Assembly (NCBI GenBank): GCA_051747965.1
Contig: JBNJGS010000003.1
Span: forward strand, 7,125 to 71,124
Direction: 5' to 3'
Origin: Bacteroidota bacterium
Lineage (GTDB): Bacteria > Bacteroidota > Bacteroidia > Bacteroidales > ML635J-15
DNA length: 64,000 nt
Program-made: the position numbers and the translations under genes
Part shown: piece after piece, positions 39,467 to 49,669 of the stretch
Numbering within the stretch: the stretch's first letter is position 1
How the letters are laid out: every line of letters starts with the position of its first letter
The notes under the pieces: generated by a model
Database searches by the model: none
Told to the model about the DNA's origin: nothing
The model's input: the letters and a program-made list of their open reading frames with translations, nothing else

Positions 39467-40501
39467 TCAGATTTTTGGCTGATACCGGGAACGATTAAGA
39501 ATTTTCTGATAATCCGTTTCCTGCATTAATTCGGGCAAACTTACATCTTCAGATTTCATATAAGCTCTGACAATTTGCCATCCAATCCACACCCCGGTCC
39601 TGCCCGGTGAGTCATTGCCGAAGGCTGCAGTAAAAGGAGCCTCACCGGTATATTTCCTTTGTTTCAGGTAATCTGTGGAATACAATAGCTCTTCGCTCAC
39701 CATGTGTTGCCACATACTCTGTTCGAATTGCCGGCAATAGCTGATATCACGGGCTGAATAACCGATTTTCAGGCTATCCGGCATTGCAGGAAACATGGCA
39801 TCCAGAAAATACATCAGTTTACCCTGATAAATCATTTCAAAAACAAGGTAATCTGAGGAATCCTGATTAGGATATTCCATTTGGGCAAGTGCTTTCATAC
39901 AATCCACAGGAATCATTTCCCTCTGCATATTCCGGACAGCATATTCCGGTATTTTCATCTTGGCATACAGTTCAGAATCAGCCCCAAGGTATTTATCCAA
40001 ACCGATACCAATCAAGTTTTCATCCGTAACAACCGAATGATTGAAGCCTGCAACAAATGTCACAATTTCAGGAACTTCCTTCTCCGGAAAATAATACTTG
40101 TAATGCCTGAATCCTTCTTTCATGCTTGATTTCAAATCGCTGATATCAGAAAACTCCTTATCTGTGGCGGTTTTTGCCTGTTCAACAGTGTAATCTTCCA
40201 GAAAAGCCTCTAAATATTCGTAGAAATTTTTGTCCCCGGTATTGCCTATCCGGATGATCTGCTCCGTAAATAAAAAGAAAAAACGCGGATATTTGTCCTC
40301 AAGTTCAGCCACATGAGATTCAAGGGGAGCATCATAATCAAAAAGGTCCTGATCAAACCTTTTTATTTCCATATCTACCTCAATGTCAGAAAGATTAACA
40401 TCCAGCCTGCCGTTTTTATCAAAGAATACAAGGTACACAATCAACAAGCCAACCGTACCGGCCAACAGGACTAATAAAATATTTCGATGCCTTCGCTTCA
40501 T
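39467..40501 (-). CDS. gldB: GldB-like protein
   Basis: IKRFDQDLF, GIGLDKYLG, MIYQGK..Y, PFT...SPGRTGVWIGWQIV.AYM, SRYQP. Confidence 0.85.
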   Translation of the reverse strand: MKRRHRNILLVLLAGTVGLLIVYLVFFDKNGRLDVNLSDIEVDMEIKRFDQDLFDYDAPLESHVAELEDKYPRFFFLFTEQIIRIGNTGDKNFYEYLEAFLEDYTVEQAKTATDKEFSDISDLKSSMKEGFRHYKYYFPEKEVPEIVTFVAGFNHSVVTDENLIGIGLDKYLGADSELYAKMKIPEYAVRNMQREMIPVDCMKALAQMEYPNQDSSDYLVFEMIYQGKLMYFLDAMFPAMPDSLKIGYSARDISYCRQFEQSMWQHMVSEELLYSTDYLKQRKYTGEAPFTAAFGNDSPGRTGVWIGWQIVRAYMKSEDVSLPELMQETDYQKILNRSRYQPKI

Positions 40502-40519
40502 GAAGCATTATTTTTTAGT

Positions 40520-40527
40520 TATATTTG
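40520..40527 (+). promoter_or_regulatory. Bacteroidota -7 element (TATATTTG)
   Basis: TAnnTTTG upstream of the porin-like gene. Confidence 0.55.
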
Positions 40528-40570
40528 CAATAAGCAAAAGTAATGTAACTAACGCAAAAAACTAAACGAT

Positions 40571-41413
40571 ATGAAAAAGATTCTCATTGCCTTAATCCTT
40601 ACAATTTTCAGTTTTACCGGTTTTTCACAGATTTCCGGAGGCCTGTTTGTGGGTCCAAATCTCTCGTGGTTTGGTGTGGACAGCAAAGTTCAATCCAGTG
40701 AAGGAGTCCGGCTTGGCTATACTTTTGGAGCAACAGCAGACTTTCCTTTCTCAGACAATTTCCTTTTCACGGCTGCCATAAAATACAATGATCTGGGGGG
40801 CACCATGAAATACAAAAACGGCGCATTGGTACATCTGTATGATGAGGCCGTTCCAACACTTGAACTGATAGGCAACAATCAAAACATAGAATACAATCTG
40901 CAATACCTGGAATTACCCATAGGCTTCAAAGGCAAAACAAATGAAATAGGGTTTTTATCATATTTTATGAAAGCCGGTGTTACCCCCATGATAACACTCA
41001 AAGGGAAAGCTGATATCACGGCAGGTTCAAATGATTTGTTTACGAAAAACATGAGTTTCTTTAATTTTAACTGGTTTATGGGAGGCGGCTTTGAATGGTC
41101 ACTAACCGGTAATACAAGATTTTTTGCTGAAATTGTTTACACCGGCGGCATCGCAGACTTCATCAAAGATGAATTCAGAAGCAATGACTCTGATTTACAA
41201 ACAACTGTTTCCCCGATAGATGATTTTGAACATTCAGACAGATATGAAAGTTTCGATGAATTTGAAGATACTTTTGATGATGTCAAAGACGATTATGAAG
41301 ACAATCCTGATAACAATTCTTTCGAGGGTTTTATTGATGACAACAGCAAAATTATCCGAACACACCGGGGAAAAACCAATGCCATAGAATTAAAAATCGG
41401 CATTTTATTCTGA
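40571..41413 (+). CDS. PorT-like small outer-membrane beta-barrel (porin family)
   Basis: Signal peptide, G...GPN.S, YLELPIG.K motif, terminal IGILF. Confidence 0.8.
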   Translation: MKKILIALILTIFSFTGFSQISGGLFVGPNLSWFGVDSKVQSSEGVRLGYTFGATADFPFSDNFLFTAAIKYNDLGGTMKYKNGALVHLYDEAVPTLELIGNNQNIEYNLQYLELPIGFKGKTNEIGFLSYFMKAGVTPMITLKGKADITAGSNDLFTKNMSFFNFNWFMGGGFEWSLTGNTRFFAEIVYTGGIADFIKDEFRSNDSDLQTTVSPIDDFEHSDRYESFDEFEDTFDDVKDDYEDNPDNNSFEGFIDDNSKIIRTHRGKTNAIELKIGILF

Positions 41414-41431
41414 TACTATTTTTAAGCAAAC

Positions 41432-41466
41432 AAATCCCGATTCTCAGGAATTGGGATTTTTCTTTT
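41432..41466 (+). terminator. Intrinsic terminator
   Basis: AAATCCCGATTC-TCAG-GAATTGGGATTT followed by a T-rich tract. Confidence 0.65.
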
Positions 41467-41516
41467 ATGGCAAAATCAGATACCATCTAATCACAAAAAC
41501 AATAAATTACCCGACA

Positions 41517-43169
41517 ATGAAAATATCACTTGCCCAGCTGAATTACAAAATCGGTGATTTCGAGTTGAATGTTTCCAAAATAACATCGGCAATAAATAAA
41601 GCAAGAGCTCAAAAAAGTGATCTTATTGTATTCTCAGAGTTGGCTGTGTGCGGTTATATTCCACACGACTTGCTGGAGCAAAAAGATTTTATCAGCAGGG
41701 CAGAAAACAGCCTCAAACAAATTGCACAACATGCAAAGGGAATTGCTGTACTAATTGGTACACCCCGAATCAACAACAGCGAAACAGGGAAAAAACTTTA
41801 CAATGCAGCTGTATTCATTGAAAACGGAGAAATAAAACAGGAATTCCGAAAAACCCTTTTGCCAACCTATGACATTTTTGATGATTACAGATATTTCGAA
41901 CCAAACAGAGAATTTGACCTGCTTGAATTTAAAGGAAATAAAATTGCAGTAACCATCTGTGAAGACTTGTGGGATAAGCAGGAGGCTATGTATTCATTTG
42001 CAAAAGAACGCCAATACGGTGTATCCCCACTGTCAGAACTCAGCAAAAAGAATCCTGATTTTGTTATCAATATCGCAGGTTCGCCCTTTTCCTATAATCA
42101 GGAAAACTTACGCCGCAACATTTTAATCAACAATGCCCGGGACTATAATCTTCCTCTTGTTTATGTCAATCAGGTAGGAGGAAACACAGAGTTGATTTAT
42201 GATGGCGGATCCAGGGTGTTGAACAGTAAAGGAGAGATCATTAAACAGTTGCCGCATTTTGAAGAAGCGGTAGACAGCATTGAGATTAAAGATTTCAACA
42301 AACGAAACGTTACCGTTTTATCTGAAACATCCAGAATTGAAAAAATGTACGATGCCCTCGTGCTTGGAGTCAGGGATTATTTTTCAAAATCCGGATTCAG
42401 ATCAGCAGTACTAGGCCTTTCAGGAGGCATAGACTCTGCTCTGACCGCAGCCATAGTAGCTGATGCAATTGGCGGTGAAAACACCTACGGAATACTCATG
42501 CCTTCACAGTACAGCAGCTCACATTCTGTTGAAGACGCCGAAAAACTGGCGCATAACCTCAACATGCCCAATCATACAGTTCCCATCAAATCAGGGTTTG
42601 AAACAATCAAATCCAGCCTTGCAGATATGTTTGCCGGTAAAACAGAGGATGTAACCGAAGAAAACATACAAGCCCGGCTCCGGGGAGTGATACTGATGGC
42701 CGCTTCAAACAAATTCGGACACATGCTGATGAACACATCCAACAAAAGTGAGGCTGCAGTAGGTTACACCACATTATACGGAGACATGAACGGAGGATTG
42801 TCGGTACTCGGGGATGTATATAAATCCGATGTTTTTGAAATGGCAAAATTTGTAAACAGAAAAAAAATACTCATCCCAGAAAACAGCATCAACAAACCAC
42901 CATCTGCTGAACTAAGGCCCGGGCAGAAAGACGAGGACAGCCTGCCCCCTTATGATATTCTCGACGGAATTCTATTTGCCTATATTGAAAAGAAAAAATC
43001 ACCTTCAGAAATTATCGACGCCGGATTTTCTGCGGATACAGTGAAAAAAGTTCTGTCAATGGTAAATATGAATGAGTATAAACGGTTTCAGGCTCCTCCT
43101 GTCCTTCGGGTTTCTTCCAAAGCTTTTGGATTTGGACGCAGAATGCCACTTGTTGCACGTTATTGGTAG
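41517..43169 (+). CDS. nadE: Glutamine-dependent NAD+ synthetase
   Basis: Nitrilase domain (FSEL, RK..LP.Y, ICEDLW) plus GLSGGIDS, ENIQAR, NKSE, PPSAEL, EYKR. Confidence 0.97.
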   Translation: MKISLAQLNYKIGDFELNVSKITSAINKARAQKSDLIVFSELAVCGYIPHDLLEQKDFISRAENSLKQIAQHAKGIAVLIGTPRINNSETGKKLYNAAVFIENGEIKQEFRKTLLPTYDIFDDYRYFEPNREFDLLEFKGNKIAVTICEDLWDKQEAMYSFAKERQYGVSPLSELSKKNPDFVINIAGSPFSYNQENLRRNILINNARDYNLPLVYVNQVGGNTELIYDGGSRVLNSKGEIIKQLPHFEEAVDSIEIKDFNKRNVTVLSETSRIEKMYDALVLGVRDYFSKSGFRSAVLGLSGGIDSALTAAIVADAIGGENTYGILMPSQYSSSHSVEDAEKLAHNLNMPNHTVPIKSGFETIKSSLADMFAGKTEDVTEENIQARLRGVILMAASNKFGHMLMNTSNKSEAAVGYTTLYGDMNGGLSVLGDVYKSDVFEMAKFVNRKKILIPENSINKPPSAELRPGQKDEDSLPPYDILDGILFAYIEKKKSPSEIIDAGFSADTVKKVLSMVNMNEYKRFQAPPVLRVSSKAFGFGRRMPLVARYW

Positions 43170-43228
43170 AAACAATCACGATGCAGCAATAATAATCATA
43201 GGATTTTGAGATTTCTTTTTAAAATGTT

Positions 43229-43236
43229 TATATTTG
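43229..43236 (+). promoter_or_regulatory. Bacteroidota -7 element (TATATTTG)
   Basis: TAnnTTTG upstream of the lipoprotein gene. Confidence 0.6.
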
Positions 43237-43277
43237 TCACAATAGGTAATCAATATTTAATAACTAAAACTAATATC

Positions 43278-43670
43278 ATGAAAAAAATTGCTGTTTTATT
43301 AAGCCTCGTCGCTTTTGTTTTTGCTTTCACTGCTTGTGGCGGACCAAAAGATGACGCAAAGAAAATGATGGACAAACAAGAAGACCTCATCAAAATGCAA
43401 CAAAAAGCTGCCAAAGATGGCAAGCTTGATGAAAAAGAAATTGACAATATTGTCAACGAATTTAAAGCTTTCATGGATTATTCCGCTGAACTCGAAGAAA
43501 AATACAAAGAAGACTCAGCTGGTAATGAAGAACTCACTGCTGAACTCGAGAAGCTTCAGAAAGAAATGGAAGGCAAATACGATGACCTGGACATGTCCGA
43601 CGTTGAAGGTTATGACAAACTCAACGAAAAAATGTTTGAAGTCATGTTCGCTGAAGAAGAAGAAGAATAA
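43278..43670 (+). CDS. Small acidic helical lipoprotein of unknown function
   Basis: MKKIAVLLSLVAFVFAFTA-C lipobox; K/D/E-rich mature part. Confidence 0.85.
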   Translation: MKKIAVLLSLVAFVFAFTACGGPKDDAKKMMDKQEDLIKMQQKAAKDGKLDEKEIDNIVNEFKAFMDYSAELEEKYKEDSAGNEELTAELEKLQKEMEGKYDDLDMSDVEGYDKLNEKMFEVMFAEEEEE

Positions 43671-43690
43671 GACATCCTTTTATGTCAAAG

Positions 43691-43723
43691 AAAGCTATCT
43701 GCATGTCAGGTAGCTTTTTTTTT
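43691..43723 (+). terminator. Intrinsic terminator
   Basis: AAAGCTATCTG-N5-CAGGTAGCTTT plus T tract. Confidence 0.75.
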
Positions 43724-43793
43724 GCCGTTAAAATCCGGTTAATGTCAAAAATATATTCTCCGGTTAACAAATAATCAGTACTTTTATTTTATT

Positions 43794-45038
43794 ATGTTGA
43801 TCATCCGACTGCTAAAAGAGAGCATCAGTTTTGCCTGGCAATCACTGAAATCAAACAAGCTACGAACAATATTATCATTGTCCGGCATTACCATTGGCAT
43901 TTTTGCCATGATTTCAGTCTTTACGGTAATTGATTCCCTTGAGCGTGAGATCCGGAACTCTGTTTCGGAGCTGGGTGATGATGTAATATATGTACAGAAA
44001 TGGCCATGGGAGTTTTCACAGGATTATCCATGGTGGAAATACCTGAAACGTCCGGTGCCTGACATTGAGGAATATCAGGCCATAAAAGAGCGTGCAAAGC
44101 ACATCAGGTCATGCACCTTTATGGCCAGCACGAGCCAGACCATTAGCAGAAAAGACCTTTCAACAAGCAATACCGGTGTACTGATAGCCACACATGACTA
44201 TAAAGACAACAGGGCTTTTGATATTGAGCGGGGAAGATATTTTACTGCTTCGGAGGCTTTCAGGGGACAAAATCTGGCCATCATCGGCTCCGGTATTTCC
44301 AGTGACCTATTTCCCAATACCGACCCCCTGGGCAAGGAGATCAAAATCAACGGCAACAAAGTCAGGATTATCGGTGTATTTAAACAAGAAGGTAAAAACA
44401 TGATGTCCAGCAGCCATGATGAGCTTGTCCTGCTCATGGCAAATTATGGAAAACGCATCTATGATATTGACAGCGAAAGCCTGAACCCAATGATTATGGT
44501 AAGTGCCGCGGAAGGTAGCAGTATAGAACAGATCAATGATGAACTTGAAATTATCATGCGCTCGGAACGCAGGCTTAGCCCGATGGAAGAGGCTGATTTC
44601 GCATTAAATCGCGCAAGCATGATTTCTCAGGGAATTGATAAAATATTTTCAACCATTGACATTGCCGGCATCATCATCGGAGGATTTGCCATATTGGTGG
44701 GAGGCTTTGGCATTGCAAACATTATGTTTGTTTCAGTAAAAGAACGTACCCGCATCATTGGCATACAAAAAGCCATAGGTGCGAGAAACGGTTTTATTCT
44801 GACACAGTTTTTATTTGAAGCCATTGTTTTGTCCCTTATGGGTGGAATATTCGGTCTTATTATGATCTGGATTGGCACCATAATCGGCAGTGAAGTCAGC
44901 GGGTTTACACTGGCACTCAGCTTTAAGAACATTGTGACCGGCTTGTTGATAAGCGGTGGCATAGGTATAATATCGGGCTACTGGCCGGCCAGACAAGCCG
45001 CACGCCTTGATCCGGTCATTGCCATCGGCAAATCCTAA
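43794..45038 (+). CDS. MacB/FtsX-family ABC transporter permease
   Basis: KLRTILSLSGITIGI, periplasmic domain, VGGFGIANIMFVSVKERTRIIGIQKAIGA, PARQAARLDP. Confidence 0.93.
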   Translation: MLIIRLLKESISFAWQSLKSNKLRTILSLSGITIGIFAMISVFTVIDSLEREIRNSVSELGDDVIYVQKWPWEFSQDYPWWKYLKRPVPDIEEYQAIKERAKHIRSCTFMASTSQTISRKDLSTSNTGVLIATHDYKDNRAFDIERGRYFTASEAFRGQNLAIIGSGISSDLFPNTDPLGKEIKINGNKVRIIGVFKQEGKNMMSSSHDELVLLMANYGKRIYDIDSESLNPMIMVSAAEGSSIEQINDELEIIMRSERRLSPMEEADFALNRASMISQGIDKIFSTIDIAGIIIGGFAILVGGFGIANIMFVSVKERTRIIGIQKAIGARNGFILTQFLFEAIVLSLMGGIFGLIMIWIGTIIGSEVSGFTLALSFKNIVTGLLISGGIGIISGYWPARQAARLDPVIAIGKS

Positions 45039-46393
45039 ACCATATTAAAAATAAATCTGGCGAGCATCAGGTAAATACCCAGACCCATGATATCGTTGAA
45101 GGTAGTGATAAAAGGACCGGTTGCCAGTGCCGGATCTATCTTAAAACGTTCCAGCATCAGGGGCACAATCGCTCCAAACATGGTAGCAAAGATGATCACA
45201 ATCAGCAGAGCGATACTTACCGATAATGTCAGGGCAAAAGATTCCGAAAATATCAGGTTGTAAGAGAAAATCAATGAAGCACAGATAAGGCCATTGAGCA
45301 TTCCCACTGACATTTCTTTCAGAATTCTTCGTGAGGTCCGGCGCATATCGAGCGTGCCACCGGCCAGGCCCTGTACAATGATGGCCGAACTTTGCACACC
45401 TGCATTACCACCCATGGCAGCAATCAGGGGCAGAAACAAAGCAATGCCGGCAAATTTGGCAAGGTCTCCTTCATAATGTCCAATCACCAGCGCACCGAGA
45501 ATACCACCGAAAAGGCCAATCAGCAGCCAGGGGATTCTGGATTTTACCTGTGTCCAGGTATTGTCTGTGGGTTCCACATCATGAGTAATACCGGAAATCA
45601 ACTGATAATCCCGCTCTGCCTCTTCACGGATTACATCCACAACATCATCAATGGTAATACGACCGACCAACCTGCCGATACTGTCAACCACAGGCAAGGC
45701 CACCAGGTCATATTTCTCCATCATCAGTGCCACTTCTTCAGAATTGGTATCGGTATTCACTGTCATGATATCCGGTTCAACCAAATCTTTTACTTTACTG
45801 GTGGTTGGTTTAAATAAGAGGTTTTTGAGAGAAACAACGCCAAGCAATTTTGAGTTATCATCCACAACATAGAGGTAGTAGATCTCATCCATTTCCTGCG
45901 CCTGATCTCTGAGTTCTCCCAGGGCTTCCTTAACCGAAAGATTTTCATTGATGGCAATCAATTCCTTTGCCATCAGACCACCGGCAGTATTGCCTTCAAA
46001 ATTCAGCAAATCAACAATATCACCTGCCTGCTCATTGTCTTTGACATAATAAAGCACTTCCTCACGCTTATCATCAGTCATCTCCTGAATGATATCTGCT
46101 GCATCATCAGAATCCATATTTTCAATAAACTGATGAGCAATCAGTTCACTGGGAATAACTTTCAGGAAACGTGTACGTTGTTCTTCTTCAAGCTCAACAA
46201 GAACATCGGAAGCAATTTTGGGATCAAGCAAAAGGTAAGTGAACCTTGCCTCCTCCACGGTCAGGTCATCATAAATTGCTGCAATATCCGCAGGATGCAA
46301 TGAATCCAGAAGCTCCAGTACTTTTTCTTCGTTCTGGTTTGCAATATGAGCCTTCAGCTCATCTATAAATTCCTGTGTAATTTCAAATTGCAT
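45035..46393 (-). CDS. mgtE: Magnesium transporter MgtE
   Basis: LHPADIA, TAGGLM, CBS pair, RIPWL, GGNAGVQS, DPALATGPFITT..D. Confidence 0.96.
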   Translation of the reverse strand: MQFEITQEFIDELKAHIANQNEEKVLELLDSLHPADIAAIYDDLTVEEARFTYLLLDPKIASDVLVELEEEQRTRFLKVIPSELIAHQFIENMDSDDAADIIQEMTDDKREEVLYYVKDNEQAGDIVDLLNFEGNTAGGLMAKELIAINENLSVKEALGELRDQAQEMDEIYYLYVVDDNSKLLGVVSLKNLLFKPTTSKVKDLVEPDIMTVNTDTNSEEVALMMEKYDLVALPVVDSIGRLVGRITIDDVVDVIREEAERDYQLISGITHDVEPTDNTWTQVKSRIPWLLIGLFGGILGALVIGHYEGDLAKFAGIALFLPLIAAMGGNAGVQSSAIIVQGLAGGTLDMRRTSRRILKEMSVGMLNGLICASLIFSYNLIFSESFALTLSVSIALLIVIIFATMFGAIVPLMLERFKIDPALATGPFITTFNDIMGLGIYLMLARFIFNMV

Positions 46394-47175
46394 CAGCTAT
46401 GCATCTTTTTGCCTATGGCATTACTAATCTCAATAAAATCGTCAACACTGCACTGTTCCGGTCGCAGTTTCAACCACGGTTCAGAACCTTCGGCACCTTC
46501 AGACAAAGGTAATAAAATACTTTTTAGTGAATTACGCAAAGTTTTTCTTCTTTGATTAAAGGCAGCTTTCACAACACGACGAAACAAAACGGGATCCTCA
46601 GGGGATTTCTTGTGAGGATTCCGCACCAGCCTGATAACACCGGATTGCACTTTTGGCGGTGGAAAAAACGACCCTTCCCCGACCTTGAATAAATACCGCA
46701 CATCAAAATATGCCTGCATCAAAACGCTAAGTATGCCATATTCTTTGCTACCATGCCCTGATGCTATTCGGCGGGCAACCTCTTTTTGCAGCATAAACAC
46801 AGCCTCACTGATTTTATCCCGTCTGTCAAGAACAGCAAACATTACCGGACTGGAAATATTGTAAGGCAGATTACTAATCAGGCAAATCTGATCTCCCGGG
46901 ATGTCATCAAGATTCAGTTGTAAAAAATCTTTATATATCAAGTTTTTTTCCAGCGCAGGGAACTTCTCTGTAAGATAATCACAGGCTTCCTGATCTGTTT
47001 CCACGGCATAAAAATCATCGAATCGCTCTATCAGAATCGAAGTCAGGATACCTTTTCCCGGCCCGATTTCAAGAACAGGCAGCGATTTTGGATTATCCAG
47101 GGCATCACATATCCTTTTTGCAATTCCCGGATCGGTCAGAAAGTGCTGACCCAGTTGTTTTTTGGGTTTAACCAT
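46393..47175 (-). CDS. rsmA: 16S rRNA dimethyladenosine transferase
   Basis: KKQLGQHFL, EIGPGKG, NLPYNISS, PPPKVQS, FNQRRKTLRN. Confidence 0.97.
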   Translation of the reverse strand: MVKPKKQLGQHFLTDPGIAKRICDALDNPKSLPVLEIGPGKGILTSILIERFDDFYAVETDQEACDYLTEKFPALEKNLIYKDFLQLNLDDIPGDQICLISNLPYNISSPVMFAVLDRRDKISEAVFMLQKEVARRIASGHGSKEYGILSVLMQAYFDVRYLFKVGEGSFFPPPKVQSGVIRLVRNPHKKSPEDPVLFRRVVKAAFNQRRKTLRNSLKSILLPLSEGAEGSEPWLKLRPEQCSVDDFIEISNAIGKKMHS

Positions 47176-47226
47176 AACAGACAGTTATTATGGCCGAAAT
47201 GTACAAAATAGATCTGAAATATTATC

Positions 47227-47234
47227 TATATTTG
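47227..47234 (+). promoter_or_regulatory. Bacteroidota -7 element (TATATTTG)
   Basis: TAnnTTTG; supports the GTG start at 47253. Confidence 0.6.
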
Positions 47235-47252
47235 CCGCAAAGCAATTCTGAA

Positions 47253-48251
47253 GTGAGTAAGAGAATACAAAATATACTTAAGTTCTTTGTCTTCCTTGGC
47301 ATTGGTGCTGTACTTTTATGGCTGGTATACAAAGATCAGGACATTGGCGACCTGTTTGCCAGGATGCGAAATATACACTGGATATGGTTTGTTCCTGCTT
47401 TGGCAATAGCTCTGTTAAGCCATGTCAGCCGGGCGATGCGCTGGAACCTTTTGCTCGAGTCTATGGGGAATTACAAGCCCCGCTTAAGCAATACATTTTT
47501 TGCTGTAATGACCATGTATTTTGTCAACCTTGCCATCCCTCGTCTGGGCGAAGTTACCCGAAGTGGCATTGTTTCCCGCTATGATAAGTTGCCATTCTCC
47601 AAAGTACTGGGCACCATGGTTACGGAAAGAGCTACAGATATTATCATGCTGTTGCTGATCACCATTGTTGTAATGATTACCAAAGGCAGCGAAGTCACAA
47701 ACTTCATCATGAACAATCCGGGGTTTAAGGAAAATCTGCATTTTCTTTTTTCACCGATTTTCTGGATAATTTTTGTCCTTGTCTCTTTGGCTGTTTTGTT
47801 TCTTTTATACTCCGTTGCCAAAGGCAAACTGGATAATTATAAGGTATTTAAGAAGACCGGTGATTTCCTGAGAAACTTTTTTTCAGGCATAAAAGCTGTA
47901 TTGCGTCTTCGTAATCCCTGGAAATATATTGGTCACTCTTTATTTATTTTTCTCGCTTATTTTTTAATGCTTTATTTCTGCTTCCCGGCTTTTGATGGCA
48001 TGGAGAATATTGACATTTTTGCTGCCCTGACGATTTTTGCTGCAGGCAGTTTTGGTATGGTGGCACCAGCTCCCAACGGCATGGGTGCCTGGCACTTCAT
48101 GACCATCCAAACCCTCTTGATTTTCGGTGTGCTTGAAGCAGATGCAAAACTCTTTGCCCTGGTTGTCCACGGCCTGCAAACCATTATGCTCGTGGTAGTT
48201 GGGCTGATTTCGGTCATCGGGCTTCCTCTGATCAACCGCAACCGCCTGTAA
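47253..48251 (+). CDS. Lysylphosphatidylglycerol-synthase-TM (UPF0104) flippase-like membrane protein
   Basis: SRAMRW, NLAIPRLGEVTR, GT...ER..D, P.GMGAWH; multiple TM helices. Confidence 0.88.
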   Translation: MSKRIQNILKFFVFLGIGAVLLWLVYKDQDIGDLFARMRNIHWIWFVPALAIALLSHVSRAMRWNLLLESMGNYKPRLSNTFFAVMTMYFVNLAIPRLGEVTRSGIVSRYDKLPFSKVLGTMVTERATDIIMLLLITIVVMITKGSEVTNFIMNNPGFKENLHFLFSPIFWIIFVLVSLAVLFLLYSVAKGKLDNYKVFKKTGDFLRNFFSGIKAVLRLRNPWKYIGHSLFIFLAYFLMLYFCFPAFDGMENIDIFAALTIFAAGSFGMVAPAPNGMGAWHFMTIQTLLIFGVLEADAKLFALVVHGLQTIMLVVVGLISVIGLPLINRNRL

Positions 48252-48254
48252 TGC

Positions 48255-49235
48255 ATGTGGAACAAAAAAACCAAAGACCGGCTTCTTAAACTCCTGATTC
48301 TGGCAGGAGCCTGGGCGCTGGTTTGGTACCAGTTTTCACGCTCACAGGATAAAAATGATGTTCTGGAGATGCTCATCAGTATCCCCCGGGAAAAACTGAT
48401 TTATTTGTTTTCGATTCTGCTGCTAATGCTGCTGAACTGGACAATCGAAGCCGTAAAATGGAAATATCTGGCCGGAAAACTTCAGCCCTTTGGTTTTTGG
48501 AAAGCCCTCCGGTCTGTTATTAGCGGTGTCAGTATCGGCATGTTTACACCCAATCGAACAGGGGAGTTTGCGGGCAGGATCGTGTACCTCAGGCATGAAA
48601 ACAGGGCAGAAGGTGCTGTACTAAGTATGATTGGCAGCTTTTCTCAGTTTTTCACAACCATTTTTGTGGGAATTCCTGCCCTGATTCTTTATTTGCTTGT
48701 GTTTTCACACGAGGGTGTCATTTCCGGCCGGCTAAGCATTTCTGTCATGCTTTCTGTTGCAACATCCCTTGTTTTGATGATATTGTATTTCCGTCTTGAT
48801 CTGGTGTACAAATTTCTACGCAGATTTTCCAGGATAGAAAAGCAGAAAGAAAAAATCAGGCATTTGAAAACCACCAGCCGCAGGGATTTGCTCCTTTTGC
48901 TGGGACTTAGCATACTCAGATATTCTGTATTTATTCTGCAATTTTATCTTATTTGTATTATGTTTGGATTAAATATCGCATTCTGGCAAGTGTTCCTGGG
49001 AGCAGCCAATTTGTATTTTCTGATGAGTTTGCTGCCGGTATTTACCCTTGGAGAGCCAGGCCTCAGGGGCAGCCTTACAGGGATTTTTTTCCAGGCATTT
49101 ACAATGCAGATTGCAGGTATTATTTCGGCCTCTGTTTTGCTGTGGATTATCAATGTATTATTGGTAGCACTTGCAGGTGCCATATTTTTACTAACACAAA
49201 AAATTTTGAACTATGAGAGTAAGACCAGCAGTTAG
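48255..49235 (+). CDS. Second UPF0104-like flippase-domain membrane protein
   Basis: NWTIEAVKW, FTPNRTGEFAGR, SILRY.VF..QF, GEPGLRG. Confidence 0.85.
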   Translation: MWNKKTKDRLLKLLILAGAWALVWYQFSRSQDKNDVLEMLISIPREKLIYLFSILLLMLLNWTIEAVKWKYLAGKLQPFGFWKALRSVISGVSIGMFTPNRTGEFAGRIVYLRHENRAEGAVLSMIGSFSQFFTTIFVGIPALILYLLVFSHEGVISGRLSISVMLSVATSLVLMILYFRLDLVYKFLRRFSRIEKQKEKIRHLKTTSRRDLLLLLGLSILRYSVFILQFYLICIMFGLNIAFWQVFLGAANLYFLMSLLPVFTLGEPGLRGSLTGIFFQAFTMQIAGIISASVLLWIINVLLVALAGAIFLLTQKILNYESKTSS

Positions 49236-49665
49236 TGCAGACATCAACAGCCTGATAGAATTTCAAATGGCCATGGCCCAGGAAACCGAGGGCATTTCGC
49301 TTGATAAAAAGGTTTTAAAAAACGGCATCACATCCGTACTCAACGATATTCAGAAAGCCCGCTATTTTGTTGCAGAAATGGACAAGGAAATCATTGGCTG
49401 CTTTATGGTTACGCCCGAATGGAGCGACTGGCGTGCCGGCTACTTTATCTGGCTGCAATCTGTCTATGTCAAGCCTGCCCATCGTGGCAAAGGCGTTTTT
49501 ATTAAAATGTATGATTATCTGAAAGATGTGGTGAAAAACAACAGCGATTACCGTGGCATACGTTTGTACGTTGATAAGAACAATGAAACGGCACTGGCTG
49601 TGTACAAAAAATCAGGAATGAACCCCACCAATTACGAATTGCTGGAGTGGTCGAAAACTGACTGA
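49213..49665 (+). CDS. GNAT family N-acetyltransferase
   Basis: EWSDWR, SVYVKPAHRGKG, RLYVDKNN..A..Y. Confidence 0.93.
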   Translation: MRVRPAVSADINSLIEFQMAMAQETEGISLDKKVLKNGITSVLNDIQKARYFVAEMDKEIIGCFMVTPEWSDWRAGYFIWLQSVYVKPAHRGKGVFIKMYDYLKDVVKNNSDYRGIRLYVDKNNETALAVYKKSGMNPTNYELLEWSKTD

Positions 49666-49669
49666 TGCC

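Noticed and set aside
43794..45038. Orphan ABC permease as the missing FtsX for the ftsE-like gene
   Set aside because: Its size and motifs are MacB-like, it lies 17 kb away, and orphan permeases of this type are common; nothing links them
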